Shown: one piece after another, positions 36,891-50,469 of the stretch
Position numbering within the stretch: position 1 is the stretch's first letter
How the letters are laid out: each line of letters begins with the position of its first letter
Source: Octopus bimaculoides
Lineage: Eukaryota
Reading direction: 5' to 3'
Assembly (NCBI RefSeq): GCF_001194135.2
Contig: NC_068998.1
Coordinates: 38,888,476-38,952,475, forward strand
Length of the DNA: 64,000 nt
The notes under the pieces: generated by a model
What the model was told of the DNA's origin: nothing
Database searches by the model: none
The model's input: only the letters and a program-made list of their open reading frames with translations
Made by a program: the position numbers and the translations under genes

Positions 36891-38212
36891 GGTATCAAAC
36901 TGTAGAAACTATGCTTGGCTCAGTCTTCCGACTTGCCAGCTCCTTTCCTACTGTCTAACCCATGCCAGCACGGAAAATGGCTGTTAAATGATGATGATGA
37001 TGATGATGATGTAGATGATGGTGGTGGTGGTGGTGGTGGTGGTGGTGGTGGTGATGATGATGATGATGATGNNNNNNNNNNNNNNNNNNNNNNNNNNNNN
37101 NNNNNNNNNNNNNNNNNNNNNNNNNNNNNNNNNNNNNNNNNNNNNNNNNNNNNNNNNNNNNNNNNNNNNNNNNNNNNNNNNNNNNNNNNNNNNNNNNNNN
37201 NNNNNNNNNNNNNNNNNNNNNNNNNNNNNNNNNNNNNNNNNNNNNNNNNNNNNNNNNNNNNNNNNNNNNNNNNNNNNNNNNNNNNNNNNNNNNNNNNNNN
37301 NNNNNNNNNNNNNNNNNNNNNNNNNNNNNNNNNNNNNNNNNNNNNNNNNNNNNNNNNNNNNNNNNNNNNNNNNNNNNNNNNNNNNNNNNNNNNNNNNNNN
37401 NNNNNNNNNNNNNNNNNNNNNNNNNNNNNNNNNNNNNNNNNNNNNNNNNNNNNNNNNNNNNNNNNNNNNNNNNNNNNNNNNNNNNNNNNNNNNNNNNNNN
37501 NNNNNNNNNNNNNNNNNNNNNNNNNNNNNNNNNNNNNNNNNNNNNNNNNNNNNNNNNNNNNNNNNNNNNNNNNNNNNNNNNNNNNNNNNNNNNNNNNNNN
37601 NNNNNNNNNNNNNNNNNNNNNNNNNNNNNNNNNNNNNNNNNNNNNNNNNNNNNNNNNNNNNNNNNNNNNNNNNNNNNNNNNNNNNNNNNNNNNNNNNNNN
37701 NNNNNNNNNNNNNNNNNNNNNNNNNNNNNNNNNNNNNNNNNNNNNNNNNNNNNNNNNNNNNNNNNNNNNNNNNNNNNNNNNNNNNNNNNNNNNNNNNNNN
37801 NNNNNNNNNNNNNNNNNNNNNNNNNNNNNACTCGTTTCAGCCATTTGACTGTGGCCATGCTGGAGCACCGCCTTTAGTCGAGCAAATCGACCCCAGGACT
37901 TATTCTTTGTAAGCCTGGTACTTGTTCTATCGGTCTCTTTTGCCGAAACGCTAAGTTACGGAGACGTAAACACACCAGCATCGGTTGTCAAGCGATGTTG
38001 GGGGGACAAACACAGACACACAAACACACACACACGCACATATATATATACATATATACGATGGGCTTTTTTCAGTTTCCATCTACCAAATCCACTCACA
38101 AGACTTTGGTCGGCCCAAGGCTATAGTAGAAGACACTTGCCCATGCCAGCATGGAAAATAGATGCTAAATGATGATGATGACGATGATGATAATGATGAC
38201 AGTACAATGTTT

Positions 38213-38316
38213 ATTATTTACATTTGACAGATATTTGTCCTCATCTTGTTTGTTGTTAACACAATGTTTCGGCTGATATACCCTCCATCCTGATTAAGGC
38301 TGGAGGATATATCAGA
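38213..38316. mobile_element. Collapsed remnant of the palindromic hammerhead SINE
   Basis: Left arm to ...ccctccatc joined to ctgattaaggctggaggatatatcag; flanked by acagtacaat(g/a)tttattat on both sides. Confidence 0.65.
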
Positions 38317-38544
38317 ACAGTACAATATTTATTATACAATGCATATCAGAACAGTATATAGAACAGTACAGTGTTTATTATACACACCGATTGGATATGG
38401 TGGTCCAGTAGAGTAAAATAAGTATCAAAAGGACTTATAGGCTAAAAATGGTTGAGAACCACTGATCTATAGGAACAGAATCACAAATTCTGAAGTCCTG
38501 ACAAGAGCCAATAAGTGTAGCCTGCAAGAAAATGTAGAGGAAAG

Positions 38545-38795
38545 AAGAGTAAGATCTTGTTTTCCCCGACTGCCAAGAAGACAAATACCTAAGACAACTA
38601 TACAGTGGGTAGCACCAGAAGGATGGAGAAAGAGATGGTGACTCAAGAAGGCATGGTGCATCACTTTCAAAACAGAAAGAACTGCTGCAACTTAACATCA
38701 ATTGGAGAGATGTAGGTGACTTTGCTCAAAAGCAAAATTATTAGAAGGGTCATGTTGTGCAATATACAGGCCAACTGTATGAGCAGAACTAAGAC
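38545..38795 (+). mobile_element. Old RTE LINE C-terminal fragment
   Basis: RLPRRQIPKTTIQWVAPEGWRKRW*LKKAW resembles RxPKxALxWxPxGKRxRGRPKxTW. Confidence 0.55.
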
Positions 38796-40453
38796 ATATA
38801 TATATATATATATATATATATANNNNNNNNNNNNNNNNNNNNNNNNNNNNNNNNNNNNNNNNNNNNNNNNNNNNNNNNNNNNNNNNNNNNNNNNNNNNNN
38901 NNNNNNNNNNNNNNNNNNNNNNNNNNNNNNNNNNNNNNNNNNNNNNNNNNNNNNNNNNNNNNNNNNNNNNNNNNNNNNNNNNNNNNNNNNNNNNNNNNNN
39001 NNNNNNNNNNNNNNNNNNNNNNNNNNNNNNNNNNNNNNNNNNNNNNNNNNNNNNNNNNNNNNNNNNNNNNNNNNNNNNNNNNNNNNNNNNNNNNNNNNNN
39101 NNNNNNNNNNNNNNNNNNNNNNNNNNNNNNNNNNNNNNNNNNNNNNNNNNNNNNNNNNNNNNNNNNNNNNNNNNNNNNNNNNNNNNNNNNNNNNNNNNNN
39201 NNNNNNNNNNNNNNNNNNNNNNNNNNNNNNNNNNNNNNNNNNNNNNNNNNNNNNNNNNNNNNNNNNNNNNNNNNNNNNNNNNNNNNNNNNNNNNNNNNNN
39301 NNNNNNNNNNNNNNNNNNNNNNNNNNNNNNNNNNNNNNNNNNNNNNNNNNNNNNNNNNNNNNNNNNNNNNNNNNNNNNNNNNNNNNNNNNNNNNNNNNNN
39401 NNNNNNNNNNNNNNNNNNNNNNNNNNNNNNNNNNNNNNNNNNNNNNNNNNNNNNNNNNNNNNATATATATATATATATATATAAAATACATTTACATACA
39501 TATCTATCTATCTATTATTTATATATATAAATATCATAAATAACAATTATAAATATCTCGCAAATATAATGAAAATAATTCTTTGTGTAAAGTTTTGGCA
39601 CAATGCTCAATAAAGATGAATATAATCATGTCCAAAACGATAATATGATAATATATAATGACGTCCGAAGCAATAAAACAATAGAAAATAAAGACAGGCC
39701 ATTCAAAAATAAATAATAAATATAGACTACATTCTAAAATCTGGCCCAAGTAAAATCATTTAGTAAAAGCAAAATACATCAAGTGTGGGGAAAATATTGG
39801 TAAGAATCAATAGATAAACTATCAAACTTTAATCTTCCATTATCTTAACCAGATTTATTATCTTATAAAACCTATCAGTTACTGAACAATACAAATAAAC
39901 AAAGATTTTGTTGGCTACATACGGGTTATATTCCTCTAAATTATATACTATCATGAACAGGTCTTATGGAATCGCCGTTATGTTGTTGTAGAGTCTATTC
40001 AGTAAAGTTTATGGCATTATGCATAATTCAATATAAAAATTACCAGATTGAGAGAGATAAAATATTAAAGTCAATTTTCAGAACGTTACCAATGTTAAAG
40101 ATGCAGCCATGAATACAATTTTCCAACTCATAGAAGCAACCAAATGATTTAACAGCAAAAACATTTAAACGTTCCTTTTTTCTTTTTTATTTCATTAAAC
40201 ATATAAAGTTTGTTAGTCTGTAATGAAGTTCTTGCCTTAAACGCTTGACGTTTGAATTTTAAGAAAAATAAAATGAATTAGAAGCAGACACATACACACA
40301 CATTTCTGAGCATGATATCGTGATTCTAGATGCTAAATACGAAAATATAAACATGTATGTCCACATGTCTGTCATCAGAAGATGGCAAAGACACTAGTAT
40401 GAGAAAGAAAACTGGCATACTGACTATAAAGAAAAAAAGATATATATAGATAC

Positions 40454-40484
<31 letters not shown>

Positions 40485-41662
40485 CACATACATATATATA
40501 ACGTGTGTGTTTGTATATATATATTTAATATATATTTATATATATATATANNNNNNNNNNNNNNNNNNNNNNNNNNNNNNNNNNNNNNNNNNNNNNNNNN
40601 NNNNNNNNNNNNNNNNNNNNNNNNNNNNNNNNNNNNNNNNNNNNNNNNNNNNNNNNNNNNNNNNNNNNNNNNNNNNNNNNNNNNNNNNNNNNNNNNNNNN
40701 NNNNNNNNNNNNNNNNNNNNNNNNNNNNNNNNNNNNNNNNNNNNNNNNNNNNNNNNNNNNNNNNNNNNNNNNNNNNNNNNNNNNNNNNNNNNNNNNNNNN
40801 NNNNNNNNNNNNNNNNNNNNNNNNNNNNNNNNNNNNNNNNNNNNNNNNNNNNNNNNNNNNNNNNNNNNNNNNNNNNNNNNNNNNNNNNNNNNNNNNNNNN
40901 NNNNNNNNNNNNNNNNNNNNNNNNNNNNNNNNNNNNNNNNNNNNNNNNNNNNNNNNNNNNNNNNNNNNNNNNNNNNNNNNNNNNNNNNNNNNNNNNNNNN
41001 NNNNNNNNNNNNNNNNNNNNNNNNNNNNNNNNNNNNNNNNNNNNNNNNNNNNNNNNNNNNNNNNNNNNNNNNNNNNNNNNNNNNNNNNNNNNNNNNNNNN
41101 NNNNNNNNNNNNNNNNNNNNNNNNNNNNNNNNNNNNNNNNNNNNNNNNNNNNNNNNNNNNNNNNNNNNNNNNNNNNNNNNNNNNNNNNNNNNNNNNNNNN
41201 NNNNNNNNNNNNNNNNNNNNNNNNNNNNNNNNNNNNNNNNNNNNNNNNNNNNNNNNNNNNNNNNNNNNNNNNNNNNNNNNNNNNNNNNNNNNNNNNNNNN
41301 NNNNNNNNNNNNNNNNNNNNNNNNNNNNNNACATATATATATATATATATATGGAGTGACTGGCATTAGGAAGGGCATCCAGCTGTAGAAGCCATGCCAA
41401 ATCAGACTGAAACCTGGTGCAGCTCCCCAGCTTACCAGTTTTCAGTCAAAATGTCCAACCTATGCTAGCATGGAAAACAGATGATGATGATGATGATATA
41501 TTGTCTCCGTAAGTTCAAATTCTCGGCTTCGAGAGCATCCTGTCTGTCTGTTGTGGCCTTGAGTTAGTAGTAGCCACTGGGTTTATCAAGGGTATGCTGT
41601 TGCTAAAGGACCGTTGTTGACTCCAAATTTTTTCAATTATAGCATATATATACATGTATGTA

Positions 41663-41717
<55 letters not shown>

Positions 41718-41899
41718 GAAGACAGTCACCCAAGGTGCCACACAGTAGGATTAAACCCAAAACCATGTGTTGGAAAGCAAGCTTCTTACAATACAGCTAT
41801 GCATGTGCACGAGTGTATGTGTGGGCGAGAGAAATGCTGTGGAATAAAAGCAATCTTTGATATGTGCATGTGTGTGCATATGAAATAGAATTGAGGTTC

Positions 41900-43010
41900 A
41901 GCTCCACTATTTATAATAACCAGTTTCTTTCACTGGATGATTAGTGCTGATAACTTCAAATGTTTTCTCAATGCACATCAACATACTCCCCTCTGAATTG
42001 GGGAGCAGGGGCAGAATTAGTAACCGGGGTAAAATGAGTAATTTCTGATTTCTCATTATTTTCTCCCTACCATGTTTGAAATCATTACATTGCAAGTCCT
42101 GCATCATAACTTTGTACTGCTGCCTCATCTTTACGAGTAAAAATTAGTCAGCATAGTTGTTATTATTGTTAAAGCTGAGAGAGTTTGGAACATAGTCAGG
42201 TGACAGGTACTTTTTTTTTTCAAGAAATTCTTCCTCATCTTTGATCCAATCGTAATTGAGGTTACTAATAAAATATCTGAATATAATTTTTTGTGTTTAA
42301 CAATCAACATTCTTTTCTCGGTTGGATTCCTAGTCATTCTTTTTTTTTTCCACACTAATGTCTAATTTGATAATTTTCAATTTTCAAAAGATGAGGTCTA
42401 AAATGGAGTAAAATAAGTAATGACTAATTGCAATAATTTATTCTTTTTAACTTCATGGTGCATAAATATATCAGAAAGGGAGCCATTCCAGCAGATAGTG
42501 AAGAAACTACAGAGAATATTTTATGCTAAGTTTTTTATTTAGTCAAGCTTTGTTAATTTCATGTCATGTGCCATTTTTCCATGACTCTCTGTCATTTGAC
42601 CTGGATATTCTAAATCTTTCTAATGTCTAAGGATGGATACTGAAGAGTATGAATCTGTTTCCAAGTGTAATTCTGGAGAATTGCAGAGGCAAATTTACCT
42701 TATCTTAGCTTACTCATTTTGCCCCAGCTAAATTTGTCTTTAAAATGCTCAAAGAGAATGGTGATAATTTTTTGAAATAGTGTTCTGAATATGTTATAGT
42801 GATTTTAATGCATTCAAGGAAGGCCATTTGCTTAGGTGAATGTAGTTTCTGTAAGGTAGTGAACATTTGTAAAAAAAAAAATTTTTTCTCGGTCAAAAAT
42901 GCAGTAAAAGAAAAATATTATTTCTTCCCTATGACGATATACATCCTGTTGGAAATTCTGATAAATGAAGAATTTATTTCCAAGTCCCTCTATAATACAT
43001 GTGTATTACA
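41900..43010 (-). pseudogene. Possible highly decayed DNA-transposon (MULE-like) coding remnant
   Basis: Broken frames include SNDRESW (TNNxxES-like) and a Cys cluster FCPCSPIQRGVC (SWIM-like); weak, by eye only. Confidence 0.2.
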
Positions 43011-43032
43011 AACCATCATCTGCATGAAGTCT

Positions 43033-43066
<34 letters not shown>

Positions 43067-43752
43067 TCATCATCGTTTAACGTCCGCTTTCCATGCTAGC
43101 ATGGGTTGGACGATTTGACTGAGGACTGGTGAAACTGGATGGCAACACCAGGCTCCAATCTGATTTGGCAGAGTTTCTACAGCTGGATGCCCTTCCTAAC
43201 TTAACCACTCAGAGAGTGGAAGGGCATCCAGCTGTATATATATATTATCTTATATATATATTATCTTATATATATATTATCTTATTTGTTTACAATTATA
43301 TTTTATATCTTCCAAGGCACTAATTGAAACAGATAGCTTAAAAGGACTGAGGAGAATTATAACAAGACCAACATAACAAAAATTTGGTATTTATCTGCAA
43401 GGATGACGAGTCAAGGTTGAGAAGCATGTAGCTGAGATTGAGAATTTGGCAAGCATGAATTTGCCTTAGAAGAATAACTCGATAAAGGCTCAGTCGGATG
43501 TCACTTGGTCATAATGGTTTTATTGAATTCCATCATGACAATTTAATTTGTGGCTACAGCTTTAAAAGTTCTATTGGTTCGCGATTTTGACATAATAAAA
43601 GACACTTGACTAGATCGCAAGGTTTAAAGCTGAAATTAAGGCTTTGTACAGAAATTTAAGAAAAGATCAGCTGAAATGAGGTGGCTGAAATGAAAGCAAG
43701 TTGACAAGCCATTGTTGTAGTCAATGAGTTTTGGGAATATGTGTAGAATTAA

Positions 43753-43804
<52 letters not shown>

Positions 43805-44525
43805 AAAGCAAATAAAGAACTAAAGATAAAAATGTTTATTTAAAAGTGAGAAAATTTCCAGAGAAAGAAGAACGAGAGAATAAAGGGAAAAATTGGCAAA
43901 TGATAATGCAGAGGAAAGAACCCTTAATAATGGTAAGGAGATAGAATGCTGTGAAATACCTGAAAATGAGGAAGTTGGCTGAATTAAACATCTGATGGGA
44001 ATCAGCAATTTACTCCAATAAAAGAAAATAGCAAAAAATCAGAGAAACATCATTGAAAAGACCAATTATAATGTTATAATAGTGTGAAGAATCATCGGTG
44101 AAGATTTTTAAATCAGTTCCAAGATAGAACCACTTATAGGAAGTTAATGGAAATTGTATCATTCGTTGCATAACTCATGCTACTGACGGAAATGAGAAAT
44201 GTCACACAATGCTGTAAATTTATGAAGTAAGTTGACACAAAGAAGAATGTGAAAAGGATTTTGTACACAACTGTCACAGAATTTTGTTAGAAGTTGTGTC
44301 ACTTTCGTGGAATGCTTTGAAAAAACAAAATCTTTGAGTTCGATAAATCTACATGTCATACAAACAGATGCTAAGAATATAAACAGAATATTATATACTG
44401 ACACTCAATAAATATGATAAACACAGAGAAAATTATATATTCTATAATAAACTTTATTGTATGTGTGCATGTGGCATATGTGAGTGTGTGTGTGTGTGTG
44501 TATATATGTATGCATGTGTATACAT

Positions 44526-45418
44526 TAACGCGCATAATTTTTGATTTGTCGCAGTTGACTTTCAATCCTAGTTTGGCAGCTATTGCTTCTAATTTTGATG
44601 TTTTATTTTGCATTTGGCTATATGTTTGTGAAAGTAGCGCTATATCATCTGCAAAGTTGAGATCTTCTAGAGCTTCGGCATCCGTCCGTTCAATGCCTGT
44701 TTGGCTTTCAATCGTAGTTTCCTTCATAATCTATCTATATAAATTATGTGCGTTAATGAAGAAAACAGTGAATGTATTAAACTAGAAACCAGAGAACTAG
44801 ACGATGTAGCTGAGTTTACGTATTTAGGTAGTAAGATAACGTTTTCAGGCGGCACCGATGAAGATATTAAGACGAGAATAAGTAAGGCAAGGACCGTTTT
44901 CCACCTGTTAAAAAAAGTATGGAGCGCAAGTGTAATTTCAATAAAAAACAAAATAAGAATTTTTAACACTAACGTAAAAGCGGTGTTATTGTATGGGGCT
45001 GAGACATGGCGAACAACAGTTAAGTCAAATAAGCAAATACAATCATTCATCAACAGATGCTTGCATAGTATACTTAAAATTAGATGGCCCGAGCACATAA
45101 GCAATATGGAGCTATGGCAAAGAATGAATCAAGTTTCGATTAGAGAGTAAATATTTAAGAAAAAGTGGAAGTGGATTGTTAGCACAATTAGAAAAGACAC
45201 ACCAAATGTAGCAAAAAGTGCTTTACAGTGGAATCCGGATGGATATAGAAAGAGGGGTAGGCCTAAGAACTCGTGGCGTAGATCAACACAAAAGGAACTA
45301 GAGAAAGGGGGACATTCATGGTAGAGTATAAGTACAGAAGCAAAAAATTATGCAACATGGAATTCAATTATAAGTGGCCTATACTCCGCGTTGGAGGGTT
45401 AAAGGCAAGAAAGAAAGA
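44526..45418 (+). mobile_element. RTE LINE insertion with 5' inversion and 12-bp TSD
   Basis: Inverted piece 44523-44739 (LEDLNFADDIALLS...KSKIMRVN); forward piece from 44741 (KIMCVNEE...FTYLGS...LLYGAETW...GRPKNSWRR); (AAGA)n tail; TSD ATGTGTATACAT at 44514-44525 and 45419-45430. Confidence 0.9.
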
Positions 45419-45742
45419 ATGTGTATACATATATATATATATAAATCTGACACTCTATTGGTTACAACGAGGTTTCCAGTTGATCCAACCAACAGAACAG
45501 CCTGCTCGTGAAATTAATGTGCGAGTGGCTGAGTACTCCACAGATGCATGTACCTTTAACGTAGTTCTCAGGAAGATTCAGCATGACACATGTGACAAGG
45601 CTGGCCCCTTTGAATTACAGGTATTTCTCAGTTTTACCAGCTGCGTGGACTGGAGCAATACGAAATAAAGTGTCTTGCTGAAGGACATTGGGAACTGAAC
45701 TCACACCCTTATGGTCATGAGCCAAATATACAAACCGCTAAG

Positions 45743-45786
<44 letters not shown>

Positions 45787-46046
45787 TATCAACCACATAT
45801 ACTTAATGTATATGTTTTGGTTGTTCACTGATTCGCAAAATATCAATATCCATCACTCTTGAATGGGAGTTGCCTTGCCTGTCAATGACTCTCAGTGCAA
45901 CGAGGGAGTTGTCCCCAGAATACCATTTGGCAGTGAACTGGTGAACAAGTAAAACACATACACTAAATATGTGCAATCAATAATGTCTACAACACTAGCA
46001 TGGCTTTTAATTCATGATTGAATATACATATACATACATTTATATA

Positions 46047-46081
<35 letters not shown>

Positions 46082-46484
46082 ATATTTATATATATAAATA
46101 TATATAAATTCTTAAATATACTCAAATACCCAAAATTTCAAGGAGTTCCTGCCTTAAAAACAGGAGCTAACCACAGTTATTTTGTGTTCTTTGCTACATT
46201 GGTTTCTATTAACCCATTTATTCTATCAGAAGAATTTTTATTCATTAAGATAGAAGAAATACACATAATTATATANNNNNNNNNNNNNNNNNNNNNNNNN
46301 NNNNNNNNNNNNNNNNNNNNNNNNNNNNNNNNNNNNNNNNNNNNNNNNNNNNNNNNNNNNNNNNNNNNNNNNNNNNNNNNNNNNNNNNNNNNNNNNNNNN
46401 NNNNNNNNNNNNNNNNNNNNNNNNNNNNNNNNNNNNNNNNNNNNNNNNNNNNNNNNNNNNNNNNNNNNNNNNNNNNNNNNNNNN

Positions 46485-46518
<34 letters not shown>

Positions 46519-46706
46519 CAATAAGAAAATGGAGGGGAATATGAGGTACTCATCAACTTGCAGACACTGTACTCTGTTGATTAATCCGTTTATTTTACAA
46601 CCAAAAGGACAATAAAGACAATATACAGACACTTATGACATACTATGTCATATCAACAATTAAAATTTCAAATTTAAAAGGACATCTAGCAACCGAAGAA
46701 GGCACA

Positions 46707-46842
46707 AAATCTTACAGCTGTTTCGGCCTAGTGTTGGCATGCCCCATTCTATCTATATAGCTCCAGTACGCTGGAGTGATCGGTAGATGAAAAGGATGCA
46801 ATGGGGGTACATGCATGATTCACTAGGCTTCTTCAGAGATTT
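46707..46842 (-). ncRNA. Type I hammerhead ribozyme with intact catalytic core and large structured stem II insertion
   Basis: Stem I AAAUCU/AGAUUU; CUGAAGA (46836-46830); stem II GCCUAGUG/CACUAGGC; GAAA; palindromic ACAGCUGU stem III; GUA triplet, predicted cut between 46713 and 46712. Confidence 0.7.
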
Positions 46843-47377
46843 ACAAAATTCAGTTCATGAATTTTGCAAAATACAAATACTAATATAAAAATAAAAATAT
46901 AAAAGCATATTAGAAAAACCATATAAAGAGTCATAAAAACTCATATATACATGCATATGCATGTATACATTACCATATACAGATATACATGAATACAAAA
47001 ACACAAACACGTGCAGATGTACATACATAGATGGCTGTACATGCATACCAAAAGAGTCAAAAGTCACTGTAACTATATATGAGGAGGACAGACACATATA
47101 TATACCCACCCACCCACATACATACATACATACATACATACATACGTATAGGTATATATGTATATATATATGAATTTGTGGCTCTCTTCATTATTTCTAC
47201 CATTGAACTACGAGATAAAATACTTATGCATGGCTGTGTGGTAAGAAGCTTGCTTTCCAGCCAAATAGTTTCAAGTTCAGTCCCACTGCTTGGTACTTTG
47301 GGCAAGTGTCTTTGGTCAACCAAAGCCTTGTGAGTGGATTTGGTAGGCAGAAACTGAAAGAAGCCCATCATATATAC

Positions 47378-47421
<44 letters not shown>

Positions 47422-47994
47422 NNNNNNNNNNNNNNNNNNNNNNNNNNNNNNNNNNNNNNNNNNNNNNNNNNNNNNNNNNNNNNNNNNNNNNNNNNNNNNN
47501 NNNNNNNNNNNNNNNNNNNNNNNNNNNNNNNNNNNNNNNNNNNNNNNNNNNNNNNNNNNNNNNNNNNNNNNNNNNNNNNNNNNNNNNNNNNNNNNNNNNN
47601 NNNNNNNNNNNNNNNNNNNNNNNNNNNNNNNNNNNNNNNNNNNNNNNNNNNNNNNNNNNNNNNNNNNNNNNNNNNNNNNNNNNNNNNNNNNNNNNNNNNN
47701 NNNNNNNNNNNNNNNNNNNNNNNNNNNNNNNNNNNNNNNNNNNNNNNNNNNNNNNNNNNNNNNNNNNNNNNNNNNNNNNNNNNNNNNNNNNNNNNNNNNN
47801 NNNNNNNNNNNNNNNNNNNNNNNNNNNNNNNNNNNNNNNNNNNNNNNNNNNNNNNNNNNNNNNNNNNNNNNNNNNNNNNNNNNNNNNNNNNNNNNNNNNN
47901 NNNNNNNNNNNNNNNNNNNNATGAAATTTTATATAAATACCTTTCGAACAGTATAGATTATGATTATAAAGAAATTTGTGGGGAAAATCTTTTC

Positions 47995-48210
47995 CGAAGG
48001 GGTGGGGAGAAGACTTCGGAAAATTCACAAGATCCGATGTTTTTCCCTTGTAACTTTGAGGAAAATGGATATCTTTCTACTTCATACCCACGTAGGAAAT
48101 GAATCTGAAAACAAAAATGTGCAGAAAGCAATGAGGTGGGGGGGAGAGGACTTCGGAAAATTCACAAGATTAAAAAGATCTGAGTTTTTCCTTCGTAACT
48201 TTGAGGAAAA
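47995..48210. repeat. Two-copy imperfect direct repeat of about 70 bp
   Basis: gggag(a/g)..gacttcggaaaattcacaagat...gtaactttgaggaaaat at about 48005 and 48143. Confidence 0.7.
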
Positions 48211-50009
48211 TCTTTTTGAAATCACAAATTAGGCTTTTCCTCAGGAACTTGGATGCTAAACATCCCTTTGACGGGTTCCGGTCCTTACTTCTACTATACA
48301 CCCCGCTACCCCACATATATATGAAATCACTCACCCACTCCATTTGACCCATGAAATTGTTATGCCACTGGAAGTTTAGTTACACAAAGTATATTACATG
48401 AAAGATGTGTGTGTCTATCTCTCTCCCTCTCTCCACACAAAATTGAAACATATTAGTTTACCCGATTAAAATTCCGGCACGAAAAATTACCAAAGGAAAG
48501 CGAAAACATTGGATACCATTTGAAAACTAGTGATTTTTAAGAGGTATGTAAAAGATATTTTGTCTTAATATTATTCTTTTTTTACACACACACAAACACT
48601 AACATGGTTTTTATAAGGATGTTGTATCATTCTTTCTCTCTCCTGTCCAGACTTTGTTACCACTAATTTTTATAAAGGTGCACTTGTAAAAATTTAACGA
48701 AATTTTAAAGAAAGAAACAGCCCCCGTTTTCCGGACAAAAAAGTATTTTGTGGCATATTAGATCACTGTAATTCATTCATCAAAAAAAAAAAAAGAAAAA
48801 CATTTTCCAATAATTCCAGTTCCACCCCATCCTTTTTCTGAAGAAAAATAAGGGGTTTGTGGCACATTAGGCATCCATAATGCATGCTGTTTAAAAAGTA
48901 ATCATTATCTGCAAACAAGTTGATCTCTTCAGTATTTCTACCACTGAACCATGTGATAAAAAAAAGAATTATGTAAACATGCAGTGAGATCAAACCTGAA
49001 ACCACGTGGTTTGTGGTATAGGTACAGCTGAGTTACCTGCAGCTAGAAGTTTTAGAAATATCTTTCCAGTTGGGGTACTAACACTCATTAAATATGGTGG
49101 ATTAAACCAAGCTATTTTCCTTTTGCGTGTCCCCTTCATACCATGGGTGCGTTTTTTAAAAATATTTTAAAACTCTAAATTCTAGTGTCTTACTATATTT
49201 GTTCTCTACCAATATAAGATTGCCCTTATCTATTTAACTAAGTGGTAATTTTTTTAGGCAAGAGCAAGACCAGTCATTTCTGGCTTTTGCCTTGTGCAAA
49301 CTCACAAGTTAATGCTAAAAGTATTGTAGTGGTGATTCAAAACTGAACCTTTAGGCAACCAATCAGACATCACAACCAAACCACAATAGTTTCACATGAT
49401 CGGTCTATTAAGCAACCAACCAGTGTCAAGCCATCACACGATTCCACTTCTAAAATTTCTTGAGCCCTCTAAAAGGTCGCTTCTAACAGTAATTTACTTG
49501 CAGAATGTTGAGGCAACTGAGCAACATGTGTCTCCATTCTTGCCACACCATATGGCATGCATTTTTACCAAACAAAAGACCCAGGAAGGCAGCTAAGAAT
49601 AGAGAAGAGGACAACACACATGGGAACACAATGCTTTATCGTTTGTCACATTCCTTGTCAGTCATGATTGAACAGAACTATCACCAAAAGCAGTCTAGCC
49701 AGGACCATCACCAAAGGTGTCCTAACCAGGACACATTAAATAATGTTGTCCTACATCTTCAATAAAAATACAGAATGACTCATTCTGGCCTGACCTGGGT
49801 TTAAACTGATAGGCATTCATTGCAAGTGCACTGCCAGTACAAATTCCCATGAACCACTTTCTTACTCATGTTGTGCCTAGATTTACGGCACCTCTTTTTG
49901 TTGGGGATAACACCCTTTTCTTGCAAATAATTTACTGCATCCACCTTTGTTTTTGAAAATCTCCTTCAGAGTGATACAATTAAATGGCTTGAATGTGAAT
50001 AAAAACAGA

Positions 50010-50418
50010 AAAACACAGAAAAACTTCACGAAATATATATAAAATATATATGAAAAATATGTAAAATATTAAGACAATTAATGAAAAATATCTACAATAA
50101 AATTTTAATTGATAAATATAAATTTTTTATCTCGTGGTGTGAAGAATCAACACAACACAACATGTGGGTGAACTGAAACACAACACAATGTGCAGTTGTC
50201 ATGGTAACAAGCTGTTAATGCCTTGCTGTCTGTTGATTGGCGAAAATTACCCAAATTTTCCAATTCTAATTCCAAATAACATCAGATTCTTTAATTTACG
50301 AGATAAAGTAATTAGCTGAGCGAAATCAAAATTCAGAACTGCATCGATACACCAAAATTGAAAACAATCTGAGCAAAATTAAAGGGGGCTGATTTTGTGA
50401 ATCATTTTCACTAGATCC
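50010..50418 (+). mobile_element. Longer member of the GGATCTAGT-TIR MITE family (one terminus seen)
   Basis: Ends ggggctgattttgtgaatcattttcactagatcc; about 300 bp match in inverted orientation to 57703-58030. Confidence 0.65.
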
Positions 50419-50469
50419 CTAAATTTTAAACTTAAAATCTGTTTTTAACCATTCCACGTGAAGTATGGC

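Noticed and set aside
17807-47956. Long ORFs of 150-390 aa made mostly of X
   Set aside because: Artefacts of reading through N gaps.
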